DNA of 56,958 nt, filler included, from Sphacelaria rigidula (lineage: Eukaryota): assembly GCA_964200075.2 (NCBI GenBank). It is 6 parts of 6 records of this genome, joined end to end, with 100 filler letters (N's around TTAATTAATTAA, not from the genome) between each part and the next. Parts side by side here need not be neighbours in the genome. Positions count along the whole stretch, not along the records: positions 47,551 to 56,958 come from CAXNAA020008572.1; 5 more parts are not named here. One strand, given 5' to 3'. Below the pieces are notes generated by a model, which was given only the letters and a program-made list of their open reading frames with translations, ran no database searches and was not told the origin of the DNA. Numbering within the stretch: the first letter of the stretch is position 1; every line of letters starts with the position of its first letter. Shown piece after piece: positions 52,528-56,958 of this stretch. A program made the translations under genes and the position numbers.

Positions 52528-52691
52528 GCTTTCTGGAAGACGGTCGTGTAGAAGAAGGTACGGCTGACAGGCGCCATCATGAAGGCGTGGCCGTCGACTT
52601 GCTGAGGGGGTCGCGCTAAGAAAAACCCGCTGGCGCAGATCGCGGCCTGTACCCACGCGGACATGGTCACACTAGTCGATCGTTGAGCCAT
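52528..52691 (-). CDS. Secreted lytic polysaccharide monooxygenase-like protein (AA15/AA10-like, chitin-binding type-4 domain), exon 1
   Basis: MAQRSTSVTMSAWVQAAICASGFFLARPPQQVDG|HAFMMAPVSRTFFYT: signal-peptide-like leader ending V-D-G followed by His1 and the H-x5-P-x-S-R motif; donor gc|gtgagt. Confidence 0.82.
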
Positions 52692-55193
52692 GTTGACGAT
52701 GATACTGCTGTTTGTCGTAGGGATTGAAAGCAAAGCGGTCCTCGTTCGGCGTAGTTGCTGTTGTTTGGCTGAAGATCTTTGTTGGACTATGTTTGCTTGT
52801 CCGCAGATGAATGAATTTTGTGAGAGGTGTGATGGATGGTCTGGGGGAAGGTGGCCGCGATTTGTGAGAGGGGTAGGAGGGGGGGGGGAGCGATGTTTCA
52901 CGAAAAAGCAACTGCTCCCAATCTGGAGAGATGGAAAACCAGTACAGATTGTGAGCGTTGTTTGGGAGAGACGTTGTAAATGAAACGAAAGACATGTGCG
53001 TTTGTGCGCTCCATGACCCGCAGTCGGGATCTGGAGCGATCTGGTACCATACAGCTCTCCCGAGAGAAACAGATTCATGTGTCGTTGACGATGCGGGACA
53101 AACAACGAACGGCTTATGATGTTGCTTGTATGTGCAGCTCGACCGTTCACTTGCGGGTCGTTCGAGTATCCATGGCTATTTCGGATTTTTTTTTCTCGCG
53201 AGTGGAACATTTTCAGGACATGAAGAGCCGCGACTCGTACTGTTTTTAGGAAGGAATTTGCGGAATCGGGTAGTACACCATGAACGGCAAAACACGGCCG
53301 GCACGGCCGGGATTGGTTTTGATGCCATGGGGCCGGGCACTTACTCGCAACGAAGAGGTTCGTTGAGAAATGCTTAGGGGCACGCTTGCCCTGCTGAGCA
53401 ATCGCCGAAGCAAGCAAGTGGATAAGAAGGCACGGGTGGAAAATGGGCAGGCTTGAGGTACCTCCTACTCGAGTATTATAATGTATCTAATATTATAGTG
53501 ATTCATGTTAAATACGTCGGGAACCTCGACGAGTTTGAGATACTGCTCTACCTCAAGCGATATGGCGTATGATCTGGAGGGGTCTCCTGGTACGTTGTGA
53601 AGTTTTGATTGCGGTTTGGGGCGGAAAAAACACTACAACAGACATGCGATACGGTGGTGTGGCTGTTGAGTTATGTGCGTGCGTCGTGTATCAGGAGATG
53701 GCCCACCTATCCTCGCGGTGAAGGGGTTGATAATTCACCGGAACTCAGTAGATGAGTCACCGTACGAAGCTGATTATACGAGACGATGCAAATGCAATGT
53801 GACACAATATTGATGGGTGAGGGATTGAAAAAAACTTGTTTCATTATTGCCCCATCATCATTATTATGTATTTATGAAAGTCATACTATCACAGGAATCG
53901 CGATGCGCTGCCACCAACGAATTAGAAATATCTTCTCGTCGCTTCACAGCTTTTCCCCAGATTTTGTATATATGCTTCAGACTGACTGAACAACATATTC
54001 ATTTACTGTCTGTGTAGAGGTATCCTGAACTCGAGGTTCCCGCTTTATTTCACAGTACTTTAAGTAAAAAATACCAAGAACCCCGAGTTCGATATACCTC
54101 TTGTGACACTTGCAACATACATCGGTTTTTGTTCAAATTGGCGCCGCAGGCGCCCATTAGAGGTCTGCTAACGCACACTTTGCCCAAAGCAACCTTCGCA
54201 CTCCCCTTGCCCAAGAGTTCTCGTATGGCTTGGTCAGGGTTAGAGTCAGTGTCGAGGTCAAGATTAGCGTTAAAGTTCAAAACCAACTGTCGTTGAGAGC
54301 GCTTGTTGGACAACCATTATGTCGATCAAGAAGCGAAAGGAGTAAGCACCCCTCTCTCTATGATAGTAATTCCACGATTGATCGATTGTTGGCGGAACTT
54401 CATCATTTCATGACGAAATTTCAGTCGTGAACAAGTTGAGGAAATACCTTGGGGGCGAATCAAATCAAAGATGAAGGTATAGACATCATCAGCGGTATCT
54501 CAAACTCAAGGATTCCAGTATGTGTCACGGTATTTACAGCCAAAAATACCAAGAGCCCCGCGTTTGAGGTACCTTCTGTCGACTTGTCGTGCGTGGTGTG
54601 CCCACCACCACTACTCGCTGCCTGCGCACAGCCCGCGACAAACACGATATTATGGAGACCACCGCTCATTTTGGGGTCAAGATCGGAGGCGGGGTACAAA
54701 TATATACATACTCAACAGCAGGACATACCACAACAACAGAGGACAGGTTGGCTCCCCCTCCACATCATAATATCCAGAACCCTACTCGTGGCAAAGAAAG
54801 GAAGGATGTTTGCGTTGCCAGCAACGGCGTGCAACGAACTTGAATGCCCACGACTGCGAGCTGGACCAGCCTGAAAACGGATTCAAAAATGCTTAGTCAT
54901 ATCTCGTCGACGGGGACGAATTGAGTCGTGATCCGCACATCTTGTTATAACCGTCTTGTCAAGGGGCAGATGCCGTTCTACTCATCAACAGCCCGGTCAG
55001 ATGCTTTATCGTCGAAGAAACCTCATGTCAAGTAAACCCCCGTGACGTCACAACGGATACATCTCAATGTTCAAGACGACAGTATAGTGTACGAAGCCTC
55101 GCCACACACGTGCGTAGCTTGGCAGCCGGTGACGCGGCTTCACCTTATCGACTGACGACGACAGCATGCTACGAAGTTGTCTTGTCTCTGCCT

Positions 55194-55408
55194 TGTAATG
55201 CGTAAGAGGACCGCGTGCTTAGAGGACCGCATCGGAATTTGAACAGTACTATGGTGAGGGTTAGGGCTAGAGTTATAGTGTTAGGGTTATGGTCAGGGGC
55301 GTGGTACCTCCAGGGACTGACCCGGTTGGTTTTGAAAAACGTGTCGATCCTGAGGTGTCTTGAATCACGGCGCGGCGTTCTAAGCACGCGGTCCTCTCAC
55401 GCATTACA
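55194..55408 (-). mobile_element. TGT...ACA MITE carrying (TTAGGG)-like tract, copy 3
   Basis: Same TIR, inverted orientation; 4-bp TSD gcct. Confidence 0.9.
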
Positions 55409-55844
55409 GCCTAAAGCGACGGTTGACGGTGAGTCCTTCGTACGTGCCACGATTTGCCTCAACACCCCCCCCCCCACCGAGTCTGGGTAATGACTCTTTT
55501 TTGTGCTGGAGAAAACGTATGGTATGCACAAAAGCAATGGGTTAGGGTCAGGGGCGTGGTACCTGCAGGGACTGACCCGGTTAGGCTTAGGGTTAGTGTT
55601 TGTTTTTTGTCGATCTTTGTCAAGGGTGGTTATACTGAACAGTCCTCCATCGGTCAGGCCGAAACTGCAGGAAACCAGCATGTGTGGTCCGGGATCCGAA
55701 ACAAACTACGCTCTGGTTGACACAAATATTTATATATGCTAACTCTCTCGGCAGCGTGGTCGCTGTAAGTGTGCGAGAGGATCAGGGTCAGGTTTCGTGC
55801 CGCCCCAGTTTTCTTGTTTTTTCAATTCGTCTTACTACTATATT

Positions 55845-56057
55845 TGTAATGCGTGAGAGGACCGCGTGCTTACAGGACCGCGCTGTAGTTCAAGACACCT
55901 CAGGATCGACGCTTTTCAAAACCAATCGGGTCAGTCCCTGCAGGTATACCACGCCCCTGACCCTAACCCTAACCCTAACCCTAACCCCAACCCTAACCAT
56001 GGAGATGTTCATATTCCCATTCGGTCCTCTAAGCACGCGGTCCTCTCACGCATTACA
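55845..56057 (+). mobile_element. TGT...ACA MITE carrying (CCCTAA)n, copy 4
   Basis: Same TIR; 5-bp TSD atatt. Confidence 0.9.
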
Positions 56058-56958
56058 ATATTAACCCCTCCTCTTCTTCAGGGCGAGCCGGTAGCCTCAC
56101 ACATATCAGTCAACCTCTCGCTCGGTGCATGCCTGACACTCTTCCCGTCAGACCTTGAAGTCATTCCTTTCCTCGCGACGAGTCTTCCCTACCCCATAGG
56201 ATGCCAATCCATCTCTTCCCCAGTACCTACATATGCCTGACGTTTTGGTCTTACTACTCATTGGATCAGCACTCTCGCGTACCACGTGTCAACTTTCGCC
56301 AAGTTGCCCTCGCTATACCTACGTTCTCTCACGTCTCAACGATGGAAATCAGATAAATTCATGAATACCCCATTAAAAAGAATCGTTTCATCACTGCTGA
56401 GAACCGAACCCACAACTCTTCAAAAACCGGTTTCAACATGTAACCAGTTGAACCACCGGGGCACAGTGAGGATATGTAGGAGGGGTGGTATGCTCCGTGT
56501 GCCACCTACGGCAGCAGCGGCTAAGCGTGCACCGTTTGATACAGTAGTGCTGGCTCGTGTACTCATTCGCAACGGAAGGGCCAATCAGCAGGAGCAGAGC
56601 CGCGCGTTCATACCGCGCGCGAAGTTATCGTACATATCAAGTACTGAAGAGAATTTTACAATAGCCACCCCCCCCCCGGAAATACAGCCCAAAACTGTCA
56701 CCAAGAAAATGATCATACAGCGACTGATGTTTGGTGAAGGCTGCATGTTGGAAATTTACACAGCCAGCAATCTAACTGTATATCTTTTGTGTGAATTTTT
56801 ACTCTGTAGCAAATTCGCGGGACAACTAGTGACGGTTCGGGTAGTCGGATAATAGCACAAATCTAACACGAAATTCCGGGTACAAGTACCTCTTTTATAT
56901 GGATCCTTGAGTTAGATATCTTGTTGGTATCGCCACGTAAGACCGTAGGATATGACAG

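Noticed and set aside
12846-52691. A functional cluster of methyltransferase, protease, Tim8, ankyrin protein and LPMO
   Set aside because: Each gene lies on a different artificially concatenated contig.
52692-53417. Upstream 240 codons of the 297-aa ORF 52524-53417
   Set aside because: Not protein-like and has no ATG start at its 5' end; only the last 54 codons fit a signal peptide plus LPMO N-terminus.

Overview
Eukaryotic, repeat-rich, intron-rich DNA, most likely from a brown alga (inferred from exon style, RTE LINE remnants and gene families; not provable here). The window is not one locus. It is six contigs of 9411, 9411, 9410, 9409, 9409 and 9408 bp joined by identical 100-nt N44-TTAATTAATTAA-N44 spacers, i.e. 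a size-sorted pseudomolecule. I reconstructed five genes by reading splice sites. (1) Two exons of a COG4976-like SAM methyltransferase (12846-15870, +). (2) Five exons of a Deg7/Nma111 HtrA protease (about 20015-26848, +). (3) A complete two-exon Tim8-like small Tim lacking its outer cysteines (35663-33519, -). (4) A complete two-exon 503-aa protein with about 16 short 27-aa 'GCPW' ankyrin-like repeats and a GC-AG intron (43692-41867, -). (5) The first three exons of a secreted His-brace lytic polysaccharide monooxygenase-like gene, AA15/AA10-like (52691-48987, -), which no single ORF in the track shows. The rest is mostly transposon debris: two RTE LINE remnants, tRNA-derived SINEs and many non-autonomous TIR elements with readable target-site duplications. 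One TGT...ACA MITE family carries (CCCTAA)n telomeric repeats and occurs four times around the LPMO-like gene.
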